From: Patescibacteria group bacterium
Lineage (GTDB): Bacteria > Patescibacteriota > Patescibacteriia > SG8-24 > DYFX01
NCBI GenBank assembly: GCA_041659045.1
Contig: JBAZZB010000001.1
Location: forward strand, 326,111 to 390,110
Direction: 5' to 3'
DNA length: 64,000 nucleotides
This document shows positions 37,844 to 47,465 of the stretch, piece after piece. The position numbers and the translations under genes were made by a program. The stretch's first letter is position 1, and every line of letters starts with the position of its first letter. Below the pieces are notes generated by a model. It was not told the DNA's origin. It did no database searches and saw nothing but the letters and a program-made list of their open reading frames with translations.

Positions 37844-39445
37844 TTACCAGTTGCTCCAAATGGTGAGCGCGATGACGATGGCAATCACCCCAGCAATGTT
37901 GCCTAGAGTTTGTATCGCCAAGAGCGAGCCGACGACGACGGCCAGGAAGACCAAGAGGTACTTAAACGCTTTTGTCACTGCTTCGTCGTGCTCCCGTTGT
38001 GCACGAATCGCCGCCTCTTGCTGCTCACGCGCCCTGCGATCAGTCTCTTCGCGCCGAGTGCGCTGTTCTCGTTCGTACTTGTCTTGAGCCTCTCGCTGCG
38101 CTTGAGCGATTTCCGCCTGGCGCTTCGCCTCAAGACGACCACGCTCGGCGTTTTCCTTGGCGATTCGCTCTTTCCCTTGAGCAAAAGCTTCGTAGACGGA
38201 GCGTTGATCCGTATCGAATCTCCGCTCATATTGCAGCAGATCGAATAGCCCCCAATCGTCCTTGAGCAGACTGTTCCAGCGATCGAGAACAGCAGCTTGA
38301 GACTTCACTTCGACCACTTCGAGCATTTGATGATGCGCACGCACGAGGGAGGCTTCGGCTTTCGGTGCGAGCATGCCAAACGTTTGCTTTCTCATTTCCG
38401 ATAGAAAACCGTCCAGTTCAGCTCTACACCGCTTGAACTCCGGATCGGCAGCCGCTTTGAACACGTACCGAGGGTCGAGTTTGATAGCCCGCTTCAATAT
38501 TCCCATGGCGTCATTGGCAAACCCCCCAGTTACCAGGAATTTAGCCGATTGAAACCATGCCTCGCCACTGCCTGCATCGAGGGTAGTGGCTTCGTTTGTA
38601 TGCGCCCGTGCTTCATTCAAGTTGCGCTGCACGTAAGCGATAAAGCCAGCCTGAAGCATGTCGCATGCCGCTTCCTTCGGCTCGTCGCTCCGCGCGTATC
38701 TCGCCGAAAGCAGAAACGATTCCTTTGCCAGTCGAAGGTTGATGAGATCCGTGTCGCAACCTACGAAGCCCAGACGAATGACGCCCACAAGACGGTGAAA
38801 GCGCCACTCCAGCTTGTAGCCGGAAGTTCTGCGGTCTCCGTAGATCGCCTTCTGAAGCGCCTCGAGTGCCTCCGGATACAATCCTTGGCGGAAAGCATCG
38901 CGCGCGATTTCGAAGTGCTCATAGGCCGCCGTCTGCGTCGGGGTCTTGGCAGTCTCGAGCAGCGACTCAAGCGAATCGCCCATGCCGCCAAGCGAGCCAA
39001 GAATCTGCCCGAACCCGGACTCGAGCGTGCTGTTGAGACCAGAGATCTCCTCAGAGACGCCGTCGAGGTACTCTCGCAACTCGCCGCGCCCTTGCTCTAA
39101 GGAACGGATAACTTCATCGAACCCTGTCCGGAACTCGCGGGACAGTGTCTGCGTAGAAGACGCCATGCCGCCCAAGATCGAGCGGGTCTGGCCGGAGATC
39201 TCCTTGATGACCATCATCGCCGACTCTCGATCTGACTTCATCAGGTCGTTGGTGATGGTCTTTCGCTTGAGATACTCGTGCCAACTTTCTCCCCACATGT
39301 AATTCCAACCGGTCGCCATGGCATACTCCTTCTGCGGTGCTGCTTGAAGCAGGTCGTCCGTTTTTCCGTTTCCGAAGTATTCGGAAACCGAGACGCGACG
39401 ACCTTCGAACCTATTCATTTTTTCCGGCTTTGTCAAGTATCGCAA
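37844..39445 (-). CDS. Tail-anchored protein with a TPR-like region and a long charged single-helix segment; hypothetical
   Basis: 533 aa. TPR-like YEHFEIARDAFRQGLYPEALEALQKAI. An E/R/K/Q-rich segment (EAKRQAEIAQAQREAQDKYEREQRTRREE...). C-terminal TM helix LLVFLAVVVGSLLAI. Confidence 0.5.
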   Translation of the reverse strand: MRYLTKPEKMNRFEGRRVSVSEYFGNGKTDDLLQAAPQKEYAMATGWNYMWGESWHEYLKRKTITNDLMKSDRESAMMVIKEISGQTRSILGGMASSTQTLSREFRTGFDEVIRSLEQGRGELREYLDGVSEEISGLNSTLESGFGQILGSLGGMGDSLESLLETAKTPTQTAAYEHFEIARDAFRQGLYPEALEALQKAIYGDRRTSGYKLEWRFHRLVGVIRLGFVGCDTDLINLRLAKESFLLSARYARSDEPKEAACDMLQAGFIAYVQRNLNEARAHTNEATTLDAGSGEAWFQSAKFLVTGGFANDAMGILKRAIKLDPRYVFKAAADPEFKRCRAELDGFLSEMRKQTFGMLAPKAEASLVRAHHQMLEVVEVKSQAAVLDRWNSLLKDDWGLFDLLQYERRFDTDQRSVYEAFAQGKERIAKENAERGRLEAKRQAEIAQAQREAQDKYEREQRTRREETDRRAREQQEAAIRAQREHDEAVTKAFKYLLVFLAVVVGSLLAIQTLGNIAGVIAIVIALTIWSNW

Positions 39446-39464
39446 ACACCGCTCGCGCGACTTG

Positions 39465-39773
39465 TCACCTCGCTTTCAATGCGCCTTCACGCTTTAACAA
39501 GGCAAGTTTCTTTTTGGAACCCCCGAACGCGTAGCCGCCAACGTTGCCGTCCGAACGCACCACGCGGTGACACGGTACACGCTTCGTGTCGCGGTTCTTG
39601 CTCATGATCGTACCGACCGCGCGGGCTGCGCCTGGACGACCGGCCGCTTTGGCGACCTCGCCGTAGGTGCGCGTTTCACCACGCGGGATTTGCGCCACGA
39701 TAGCGTAAACCTTCTGGGCGAAAGGCGTTTCACTTCCCGAGTACGTTGAGATCCTGAAGGACTTCTTCGGCAT
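39465..39773 (-). CDS. ogt: Methylated-DNA-protein-cysteine methyltransferase C-domain protein (Ogt-like)
   Basis: The PCHRVV active-site Cys motif is preceded by an HTH (TYGEVAKAAG); 102 aa. Confidence 0.7.
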   Translation of the reverse strand: MPKKSFRISTYSGSETPFAQKVYAIVAQIPRGETRTYGEVAKAAGRPGAARAVGTIMSKNRDTKRVPCHRVVRSDGNVGGYAFGGSKKKLALLKREGALKAR

Positions 39774-40202
39774 GATTCGCGGGTTTAACGTCTTCGTAGA
39801 TTTTTGCGATTTTTCCTTCTGGATCGATCAGAAACGACCAGCGTTTCGTGCCCATGTATTCGCGACCCATGAACTTTTTCTTGCCCCACACGCCGTAGGC
39901 CTCAACAACCTCTTTCTTCTCGTGGCCAAAAGCGTAAACGGAAGATCGTATTTCTCGGCGAACTTGGCATGCTTCTTTACGGGGTCAACACTGACGCCAA
40001 GCACGACCGCCTTCAGTTTTTTGAATTTTGGAAAATGATCACGGAGCGTGCAAGCCTCGACAGTACAGCCTGGAGTATCGTCCTTGGGATAAAAGTACAG
40101 CAGAACCCAAGAGCCGGCGTAGTCTTTAAGCGCGTGTGTTTTTCCTTCTTGGTCGGGCAGGACGAACGCGGGGGCGCGGCCACCGATTTTCGGCGTTGAC
40201 AT
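39730..40202 (-). pseudogene. bcp: Thiol peroxidase Bcp, frameshifted (1-nt deletion near 39922)
   Basis: The N-terminal frame gives ...LLYFYPKDDTPGCTVEAC...KYDLPFTLLA. The canonical continuation EKKEVVEAYGVWGKKKFMGREYMGTKRWSFLIDPEGKI... is in the -1 frame from about 39922 and ends at the stop at 39730. This is either real pseudogenisation or an assembly indel. Confidence 0.55.
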
Positions 40203-40257
40203 ATGGTATATTTACGGAGTCGTGCAAAAGTATAACACGAGTTTTGGAGGAAACCCT

Positions 40258-40596
40258 ATGCAGAACGAGCCACTGATCGGACAGGTGTGCGTCTCCTGTC
40301 GCCCCGGCATGCCGACCCTGACGCGCGCGGAGATCGACGCCTTCATGCCGCAGACTCCGGGCTGGGAGCTTTCGGATGATAGCAAGTGGATCCGCCGTGA
40401 CTTCACGTTCAAGAACTTCATGGAGGCACTCACCTTTCTGAACAAGGTGGCCGAGGTCGCCGAAACGGAGGGGCACCACCCGGACTACCGAGGAGGTTGG
40501 GGTCGTCTCACGATCGAGTTGACCACGCACGCTATCCACGGGCTTTCGAAGAACGACTTCATCCTCGCCGCAAAAATAAACGCGCTGCTCACCTGA
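40258..40596 (+). CDS. Pterin-4a-carbinolamine dehydratase (PCD/DCoH)
   Basis: EGHHPD motif; GGAGG 8 nt before the ATG of MQNEPLIGQ; about 113 aa; GC3-rich. Confidence 0.85.
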   Translation: MQNEPLIGQVCVSCRPGMPTLTRAEIDAFMPQTPGWELSDDSKWIRRDFTFKNFMEALTFLNKVAEVAETEGHHPDYRGGWGRLTIELTTHAIHGLSKNDFILAAKINALLT

Positions 40597-40610
40597 GCAA
40601 CGCGTTTTTC

Positions 40611-41789
40611 TTATCGACTGACCCGGAAAATAAACGTTTTCAGGTACAACGATTCTGGGAAGTAAATCGATTGCGGATGGTCAGGGCTTTGGCGGACAAC
40701 CTGCAGGAGGTCGAGCTTGATTCCGGCTTGGACGGAAGCACGTCGAAGGGTGAACGCCAGATCGTCTTCTGAAAGGAAGTGCGAGCAGCTCGACGTCGCG
40801 AAAATACCGCCGTCTTCCACGAGGCGCATGGCCGCGCGGTTCAGGAAGTGATACGCCTTGCGACCTTCTTCAGCATCTTTCATCGTCTTGATGAGTGCCG
40901 GCGGGTCCATCACAACCATGTCGTATGTTTTTTCCTGGCCCGCTCCGAGCCACTGGAAAATATCCGTCTGCTCGGTCGTGAATTTCTTTTCGGAGAATTC
41001 GTGGAGCTCGGCGTGCTTTTGGCAAAGTGCCAACGCGTCTTCGGAGGCATCGATGTTATGCACCGATTTGGCGCCGCCTTTCATCATCGCCACGCTCGCG
41101 GCACCGGAGTACGAAAAGAGGTTCAGCACGTCTTTTCCTTTTGCCATGCGTCCAAGCGCCGAGCGCGCGTCTTTTTGGTCCAGAAAGAATCCAGTCTTCT
41201 GACCCTTGATCGGATCAGCCAAGAACTGAATCCCTCGCTCTTCAAACTGTACGAGGTCGTCAGCCGCGCCTTCGTGGATTTTTACGACGTCTTCCAAACC
41301 TTCTTCGGCACGTACGGCCATGTCGCTGCGCTCAATAAGGCAGCTCGGGCGGAGCGTCGTAACGATCGCTTGAATGACGTCTTCACGCAGGGCGTCCATG
41401 CCAGCGGTCGAAATCTGGAACACGATCGTATCGGCAAACCGATCGATGACAAGTCCGGGGATTCCGTCCGATTCGCCGAAAACAACGCGATAGCCGTTGG
41501 TATCCGTTTTCGCGCCGTAGCCCATCAAGGCGCGACGCTCGTGGGCTTCGCCGATTTTCTTTTCAAGCCAAGCGCGATCGATGGTTGCCTCTCCGAATTC
41601 GAAGCAGCGCACCGCGATCGAGGAACGAGCGGAGAACGAACCGGTCGCCAAAATCTTGCCGTTTTTGTCGGCAACACGCACAAAAGAGCCGTGTTCGGCT
41701 TCGAGGTCTTCAAGCGCGCCGGAGAAAATCCACGGGTGGAGGAATCCGACGTTGGCTTCTTTGCCAGGTTTGAGGGTCAGCGTGATCAT
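40611..41789 (-). CDS. rlmI: SAM-dependent 23S rRNA m5C methyltransferase, RlmI-like (PUA plus MTase)
   Basis: An N-terminal PUA-like domain precedes a class I MTase with DLFSYSG and VVMDPP motifs; 392 aa. Confidence 0.75.
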   Translation of the reverse strand: MITLTLKPGKEANVGFLHPWIFSGALEDLEAEHGSFVRVADKNGKILATGSFSARSSIAVRCFEFGEATIDRAWLEKKIGEAHERRALMGYGAKTDTNGYRVVFGESDGIPGLVIDRFADTIVFQISTAGMDALREDVIQAIVTTLRPSCLIERSDMAVRAEEGLEDVVKIHEGAADDLVQFEERGIQFLADPIKGQKTGFFLDQKDARSALGRMAKGKDVLNLFSYSGAASVAMMKGGAKSVHNIDASEDALALCQKHAELHEFSEKKFTTEQTDIFQWLGAGQEKTYDMVVMDPPALIKTMKDAEEGRKAYHFLNRAAMRLVEDGGIFATSSCSHFLSEDDLAFTLRRASVQAGIKLDLLQVVRQSPDHPQSIYFPESLYLKTFIFRVSR

Positions 41790-41858
41790 AGTGGGAGGAG
41801 CATAGCAGGAAATCCTTTCTATGAAAAGGCTCGCCCTTGCGGGCGAGCACTTTCCTTC

Positions 41859-42818
41859 CTACTGAACGCGGCGCTTCCAAGCGCGAACAATGAGCCAAAC
41901 GACGAGACCAATCGGCAGCAGAATGCCGCCCCAGACGATCACGAGCCAGATCAAACCCGCGATCAGGTCCTGAACCACGACGACGAGCGTCTGAAATGCC
42001 GTCTTGATGATCGTGACCGGACGGAACTCCTTGGTCGGCGCACGCACGACAGGTTCCTCAGAGAGAGAAACGGAAATCGTGGAGAGCGAGGTCGTGTTCG
42101 TGAGGTACTGGATGCGGCCTTGGAGCGATTCAATTTGCGCACGGATCGAACCGAGTCGTTCTTGAACCTTCAGAATATCTTCAACACTCCTGGCCTGCTT
42201 GAGCACTTCAAGATACGTTTCTTCTTGTGCCTTGGCGTTACGGAGCTGGGCCTCGAGATCAGTATACTGTTCCGTCACGTCCTGACCGTTCGACGACTCG
42301 TTACGTACGAGCGTGGCGAGGCCGCGCAGGTCAGCCATCGTCGACTCAAACTTTTCAACCGGCACGCGCACGACGATATTTCCGTAGTAGGTGCCGTTTC
42401 CACCTTCTGTGATCGAAGATGATTGCACGTAACCACCGCGATCAACGGCGATACCGCCAATTTTGGCGGCTGTATTCGAAACGTCGTCAACGAGCAGCTC
42501 CAAGGCGCCGGTCTTGATGATCTTTTGATCAACGTCCGCGGCCGTTTGACCGGCTGTCGAGGACGGTACGGGCATCATTCGTCCATAGAAGTCCGGGGCC
42601 GACTCGTAGGTCGACTTCACGGCATCGTTCGCGATTCCAAAAGAACCGACGGTGTACCCAACTTCACCGAGCATTGGCGGCTTTATGTCCCATGGCGCTT
42701 CTCGATCAGCAACGCGCTTTCCGTTCGCAAGCCACGCCGTCATTAAAACCACGGAAACGCCAAGAAGGACGAAGAAGGTCTTCGGGCGCTCCTTAAAGTG
42801 CGCAATGAGTTTTTGCAT
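41859..42818 (-). CDS. DUF4349-like membrane-anchored protein
   Basis: 319 aa. N-terminal TM segment, a coiled coil (LEAQLRNAKAQEETYLEVLKQ) and two C-terminal TM helices. Confidence 0.45.
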   Translation of the reverse strand: MQKLIAHFKERPKTFFVLLGVSVVLMTAWLANGKRVADREAPWDIKPPMLGEVGYTVGSFGIANDAVKSTYESAPDFYGRMMPVPSSTAGQTAADVDQKIIKTGALELLVDDVSNTAAKIGGIAVDRGGYVQSSSITEGGNGTYYGNIVVRVPVEKFESTMADLRGLATLVRNESSNGQDVTEQYTDLEAQLRNAKAQEETYLEVLKQARSVEDILKVQERLGSIRAQIESLQGRIQYLTNTTSLSTISVSLSEEPVVRAPTKEFRPVTIIKTAFQTLVVVVQDLIAGLIWLVIVWGGILLPIGLVVWLIVRAWKRRVQ

Positions 42819-42881
42819 AGATTCAAAAGAATTCTAAAAGCATTCTATCATATATACGGCATTCCGACGGTATGGTAACTT

Positions 42882-43184
42882 TTGAGCATGGAGCGCTTCG
42901 AAATGCCCGTACAACCCGAGACCGAACGTATCGCGCGTTTAGCTGCCGCTGCTTTGCGCTTGGAGAGGACTGTCGATCTCAAACGGTCGCCTGACGGCCA
43001 TATTTACGCCGCTCTTGATGGCGAAAAAATTTCCGATCTCCCCACGCGGAAGAAGCTCATCGGCAAGATCAAAGCGGAAATCGCTCGCCAGCGACCCACG
43101 TCACTCTCAGAACGTCAGGATCTCATCGACGACGCGCGCCGGGTCAGCGAGCTGCACCCAAGCGACGACGACATCGAAAACTAA
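42882..43184 (+). CDS. Hypothetical protein
   Basis: 100 aa, charged, no motif. Confidence 0.3.
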   Translation: MSMERFEMPVQPETERIARLAAAALRLERTVDLKRSPDGHIYAALDGEKISDLPTRKKLIGKIKAEIARQRPTSLSERQDLIDDARRVSELHPSDDDIEN

Positions 43185-43213
43185 CTCCGCGAGTGCGGGG
43201 TTTTTTCATAGAG

Positions 43214-43774
43214 CTACCTGAATGTTGGGTGCATCGTGTGCAGTGCTTTACGCCGTATTCGATGGTCTGGCACCGTTCTTGCGACTTGCGCCCAAAAGCG
43301 CGGCGAGTGATTGAATTCGATCAGATGCGAGAGCTCGTGAGCCACGATATACTCCGCCAACGACTCCGGCATGAGCGCGATCCGATAATTAAAAGAAAGC
43401 GTGCCGCTTCGCGAACAGCTGCCCCAACGGCTTTTTTGATCGCGAATAGAAACCGAGCGTACGGTAAGGCCGTACACCGGAGCAAGACGCGCGATCAGCA
43501 CGTAGGCTCTTCGACGCGCAGCTTCTTTGTGAAGGAGGTATTCACCATGCGCCTCAGATTTCGTTTTTGGTGCCGGGACGCGCAAAAGCGTTTCACGCGT
43601 GCGTTCAATCCAAACGCGGTTCTGTTCAAGGAAACTGGCGACAAGCGCGTACGAACAGCGTCTTGGCACCGTGACCGATACGCGTCCGCCTGGATGTACG
43701 CGAATACGCAAACTTCTGGCACGCGCGTGCGGGCGTACGTCTGCTTCAAAAGGAAGTTCGATCGCGCGTCGCAT
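43214..43774 (-). CDS. DUF45/YgjP-like (M48-like) metal-dependent hydrolase
   Basis: RWGSCS and HELSHL (HExxH) motifs; 186 aa. Confidence 0.7.
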   Translation of the reverse strand: MRRAIELPFEADVRPHARARSLRIRVHPGGRVSVTVPRRCSYALVASFLEQNRVWIERTRETLLRVPAPKTKSEAHGEYLLHKEAARRRAYVLIARLAPVYGLTVRSVSIRDQKSRWGSCSRSGTLSFNYRIALMPESLAEYIVAHELSHLIEFNHSPRFWAQVARTVPDHRIRRKALHTMHPTFR

Positions 43775-43854
43775 AGGTCTTCAACTCTATCGTTTTTCTA
43801 GAACCGCCGCAATTCATGGTATATTGGAAGCATCGTAATTCACTTGCTTAGCGT

Positions 43855-44316
43855 ATGAAGAGCGCAGAAATGCAAAAGTACGTCCCCTATGTCCTTTTGG
43901 GCGTATTGATCGGAGTCGTTGTGTACGGCTTGGCCGCACGCAAGGTAAACGCGCCGGTGGTCGAACAACCGGCACAACCCGTCGAAACATCGCCAGCGGC
44001 CGATGTCGTGATTGGTGGAGAGACGGAGGCCGTGGCCCCGTCCGCCAAGTACCCGACGAAAGCGCTGCCCTATATCGAGAACGGTTACCGCTTCCAGTTC
44101 TCGAACTGCCGTGGCACTCCGGGCAGCCTGGTCGTGAAGGCTGGTAAGTACTTCCTGTTCGACAACCGCGACGCCAAATCGCACACGATCGCGGTCGCGG
44201 GCCAGTCCTACTCGGTCGGCGCGTACGGCGCAGCCGTGGCGGCCGTCTGGAAGCCCGGTACCTACAACATCACCTGCGACGGCGGCGGAGCCGCATCGCT
44301 CACGGTGCAGAAGTAA
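43855..44316 (+). CDS. Secreted or membrane-anchored hypothetical protein
   Basis: An N-terminal TM or signal helix precedes a beta-rich domain (ITCDGGG). TGgTATATT extended -10 upstream. GC3-rich; 153 aa. Confidence 0.5.
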   Translation: MKSAEMQKYVPYVLLGVLIGVVVYGLAARKVNAPVVEQPAQPVETSPAADVVIGGETEAVAPSAKYPTKALPYIENGYRFQFSNCRGTPGSLVVKAGKYFLFDNRDAKSHTIAVAGQSYSVGAYGAAVAAVWKPGTYNITCDGGGAASLTVQK

Positions 44317-44321
44317 GGATC

Positions 44322-44352
44322 GAAAAAACGCCCCGCGAGGGGCGTTTTTGTT
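44322..44352. terminator. Bidirectional intrinsic terminator between convergent genes
   Basis: acgccccgcgaggggcgt is flanked by aaaaaa and tttttgttt. Confidence 0.6.
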
Positions 44353-44353
44353 T

Positions 44354-46294
44354 CTACTGACAGACGGCGCATTCTTCGTTGGCGAAGTCTCTGGCCTGCA
44401 TTTTGATCTGCGCGTTGTCGATAGCGTCGGCTTCAATCGGCGCGGCCGAGCGGAGATAGTAGAGGCTCTTGGCGCCAGCCTTCCAGGCGAGGAAGTGCGC
44501 GTCGTGGAGATACTTACCGCTGATCGGCGTCGGGAAGAACAGGTTCACCGACTGCGACTGGCAGAGGTACGGCTGACGATCAGCCGCTTGCTGCACGATC
44601 TCGCGCATGTTCATTTCGTAGCCGGTGCGGAAGACGGCCTTCTCTTCATCGGTCAGTTCTTCCATGTGCTGCACGCTGCCTTTGGCCGCAATCACCTTCT
44701 TCCACGTTTCGACGGTGTTGATCCCCTTCTTTTCGAAAAGCTTTTCAAGGTGGCGTCCTTTGACGAGGAAGCTGCCGGAGAGCGTCTTCTGGAGATAGGC
44801 GTTACCGGTGATCGGTTCGACGCACGGGGTCGCTTCGCCGCAGATGAAGCTGATCGAAGCGGTCGGCGCAATCGAGAGAATATAGCTGTTGCGCTGGTCT
44901 CCACCATCGAGCGGAGCACCGCGTTCTTCCTTCAGCTTTCGAGATGCCGCTTTGGCGTGCGTGTGGATCAGGCTGAAGATTTTTTTGTTGATCGAGCGAG
45001 CGGCCATGCTTTCGAACGGCAGATTCTTTGACATCAGATAGCCGTGGTAGCCCATGACGCCGAGTCCGATCGAGCGCTCGTGCTTCACGGAGTTGATCGA
45101 CTTCGCGTAGTACTTCGGATCGGCCGCTTCAACGAAGTTGTCGAGTACGTTATCGAGCGCACGCACAGCGTCGTTGATGAGTGATTCGGCCTGCGACTCC
45201 CACTCGTCGAAGCGCTCGAGGTTGAGCGACGAAAGGCAGCAGACGGCCGTGCGGTCGTGTGTGGTCGGAAGCGTGATCTCCGAGCAGAGGTTGCTCTGCT
45301 GGATGAAGAGGCCCTTCTCGGCGTGATGCGCGGGAACAGCGCGGTTCACGGTGTCGATGAACAGAAGATATGGTTCGCCAGTTTCGACGCGCGTCTTCAA
45401 GATCTTGCGCCAAACCTCAGTTGCGTCGAGTTCCTTCACCGCCACCTGGCGCTTCGGGTCGATCAGCTGATAGGTGCGCTTTTCTTCAACCGCCTTCATG
45501 AACTCGTCGGTGACGACAAGACCGTGGTTGGTGTTCAAACAGCGGCGGTTCATGTCGCCGACCGGCTTGCGGATGTCGATGAACTCTTCGATATCCGGGT
45601 GATCCACGCGCAGATAGGCCGCACCGGCGCCACGACGTACACCGCCTTGCGAGACGGCGATGATCGAGGAGTCCATGACCTTGATAAACGGAATGACACC
45701 CGAGGATGTGCCTCCCATCGAAAGCGGCGCGTTTTGTCCACGCAACTCGGACCAGCTCGTGCCAATGCCGCCGCCGTTCTTGGAAATAAAAGCGTTCTCC
45801 GCGTAACCGGCGTAGATGCCTTCAATCGAGTCTTCGACCGTGTTCAAGAAGCACGAAATCGGCAAGCCGCGGTTCGTGTACGTGTTCGTCAAAACAGGCG
45901 TCGCCGGCATGAACCAGTTCATCGACATCGCGTCATAAAGACGCTGGGCGTGCTCTGCGTCGCCGCGCGCCATACCACAGGCCACGCGAGAGAAGAACAT
46001 CTGCGGATCTTCGACGATCCTGCCTGTTGCGTCCTTCAGGAAGTAGCGATCACGAAGATTCTCAAGACCGAAGTACGTGAGAAGGGCGTTGCGATCGACG
46101 CGCGTCACGATTTTGCGCTGCACGTCGGCATCGCCGCGGTACTGCGGGGAATCCCAGCTGCCGCGACCCTGCGTTTTAACGAGAACCTCTTCAAGAAGAA
46201 TATCGCGGGCGTCGACGAGGTCATTGTTGGACAGAGCATCGATGACGGATGCGTGGCGTGGCATAGGCTTGCTCGTTAATAACGTAGAGTTCAC
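44354..46294 (-). CDS. nrdA: Class I ribonucleotide reductase alpha subunit (no ATP cone)
   Basis: SNLCSEI catalytic Cys region and C-terminal Cys pair (ECAVCQ); 646 aa; no N-terminal ATP-cone motif. Confidence 0.9.
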   Translation of the reverse strand: MNSTLLTSKPMPRHASVIDALSNNDLVDARDILLEEVLVKTQGRGSWDSPQYRGDADVQRKIVTRVDRNALLTYFGLENLRDRYFLKDATGRIVEDPQMFFSRVACGMARGDAEHAQRLYDAMSMNWFMPATPVLTNTYTNRGLPISCFLNTVEDSIEGIYAGYAENAFISKNGGGIGTSWSELRGQNAPLSMGGTSSGVIPFIKVMDSSIIAVSQGGVRRGAGAAYLRVDHPDIEEFIDIRKPVGDMNRRCLNTNHGLVVTDEFMKAVEEKRTYQLIDPKRQVAVKELDATEVWRKILKTRVETGEPYLLFIDTVNRAVPAHHAEKGLFIQQSNLCSEITLPTTHDRTAVCCLSSLNLERFDEWESQAESLINDAVRALDNVLDNFVEAADPKYYAKSINSVKHERSIGLGVMGYHGYLMSKNLPFESMAARSINKKIFSLIHTHAKAASRKLKEERGAPLDGGDQRNSYILSIAPTASISFICGEATPCVEPITGNAYLQKTLSGSFLVKGRHLEKLFEKKGINTVETWKKVIAAKGSVQHMEELTDEEKAVFRTGYEMNMREIVQQAADRQPYLCQSQSVNLFFPTPISGKYLHDAHFLAWKAGAKSLYYLRSAAPIEADAIDNAQIKMQARDFANEECAVCQ

Positions 46295-46312
46295 TGACCA
46301 ACGCGTGCGGCT

Positions 46313-47296
46313 TCAGGCCCAATCCTCGAGGATGGCTCCTTTGCCGTATTCCGTCGCGCGATTTTCGAAAAAGTTTGTGTGCTCTTTGGCGTTCACCATC
46401 GTATCGAGCCAGAGCAGTGGGTTGGCGGTGCGGTATTTCGCTTCAAGACCGATCTCCTGAAGTTTTTTGTCTGCGGTGTAACGGATGTAGGCTTTGACTT
46501 GATCCGCCGTGAGTCCGGGGACGTCGCCCATCGAAAAACAGGTGTCGATGAATTTGTCTTCGAGATTGATCATGTCGTCGCAAGCCTTATAGAGCTTGGC
46601 TTGAAACTCTTCCGTCCAGATCTGCTTGTTTTCGGCAATGAGGTCGCGGAACAAGTGACAGACGCCGCGGCTGTGCAGGCTCTCGTCTCGGATGCTCCAG
46701 GTGATGATCTGCCCGACACCTTTGAGCTTTCCCATGCGCGGGAAGTTCATAAGAATCGCGAAGCTTGAGAACAAGCTGACACCTTCCATGAACGCGCCGA
46801 ACACGGCGAGGTTCAACGCGAGGTTTTCAACCGAATCGGTTTCAAAGTTCTGAAGGAACTGGTACTTGTTGCGCATCGCGTCGTACTCGAGGAACGCCGA
46901 GTATTCGCGCTCCGGCAGGCCGAGCGAGTCGTTGAGATACGAGTAGGCCCAGACGTGAATGCTCTCCATGGCGGCAAATGCCGAGAGCATCATTTTGATT
47001 TCCGGTTTCGGAATCGCCGGAATCAAGCGCGTGTTGTAGTTGTTGTTGACCTCGATGTCACCTTGCGTGAAGAAACGGAGGATCTGGACAATGAGATTTT
47101 TTTCTTCCTCCGAGAGTCGAAATTTATAGTCGGCAATATCGGCTTCCATCGGAACCTCCGTCGGCATCCAATGCGCCTGGTTTTGCTTTTGGAAATATTC
47201 AAAATACTGCGGGTACTCGAAGGGCCGATAAAATTTTCTCGGCGTTAGGATGCGTGAAGTGGACATAAGGCGAGAAAAAAACATCAGAGACCGCAT
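46313..47296 (-). CDS. nrdB: Class I ribonucleotide reductase beta subunit (diiron-tyrosyl radical type)
   Basis: The diiron ligands are D in FTQGDIEV, E-x-x-H in AMESIH, E in FMEGV and E-x-x-H in RDESLH. Tyr is at H+4 (HVWAY). The true start may be internal (M5 or M11). Confidence 0.9.
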   Translation of the reverse strand: MRSLMFFSRLMSTSRILTPRKFYRPFEYPQYFEYFQKQNQAHWMPTEVPMEADIADYKFRLSEEEKNLIVQILRFFTQGDIEVNNNYNTRLIPAIPKPEIKMMLSAFAAMESIHVWAYSYLNDSLGLPEREYSAFLEYDAMRNKYQFLQNFETDSVENLALNLAVFGAFMEGVSLFSSFAILMNFPRMGKLKGVGQIITWSIRDESLHSRGVCHLFRDLIAENKQIWTEEFQAKLYKACDDMINLEDKFIDTCFSMGDVPGLTADQVKAYIRYTADKKLQEIGLEAKYRTANPLLWLDTMVNAKEHTNFFENRATEYGKGAILEDWA

Positions 47297-47297
47297 T

Positions 47298-47346
47298 ACA
47301 CTACATATTGTGTAACACGGTCTCAGTATACCACTACACGTAGTGG
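47298..47346. promoter_or_regulatory. Two NrdR-box-like 16-bp elements about 33 bp apart upstream of nrdB
   Basis: acactacatattgtgt at 47298-47313 matches the NrdR consensus acaCwAtATaTwGtgt at 15 of 16 positions. ccactacacgtagtgg at 47331-47346 has 7-bp palindromic arms. Confidence 0.5.
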
Positions 47347-47465
47347 TTATGAACCTAACAGGTGGGGATAAACCGGGCCGCTCACGACTAGCAAGCCCAG
47401 TCTAATTTTTTTAATCGCGTTCTACCAGAGGAGAAACTGTGGACAGAGAATGTGGCTGCTCATTT

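Noticed and set aside
39772-40038. Plus-strand ORF 39772-40038 as a gene.
   Set aside because: It lies antisense within the frameshifted bcp and has no motif.
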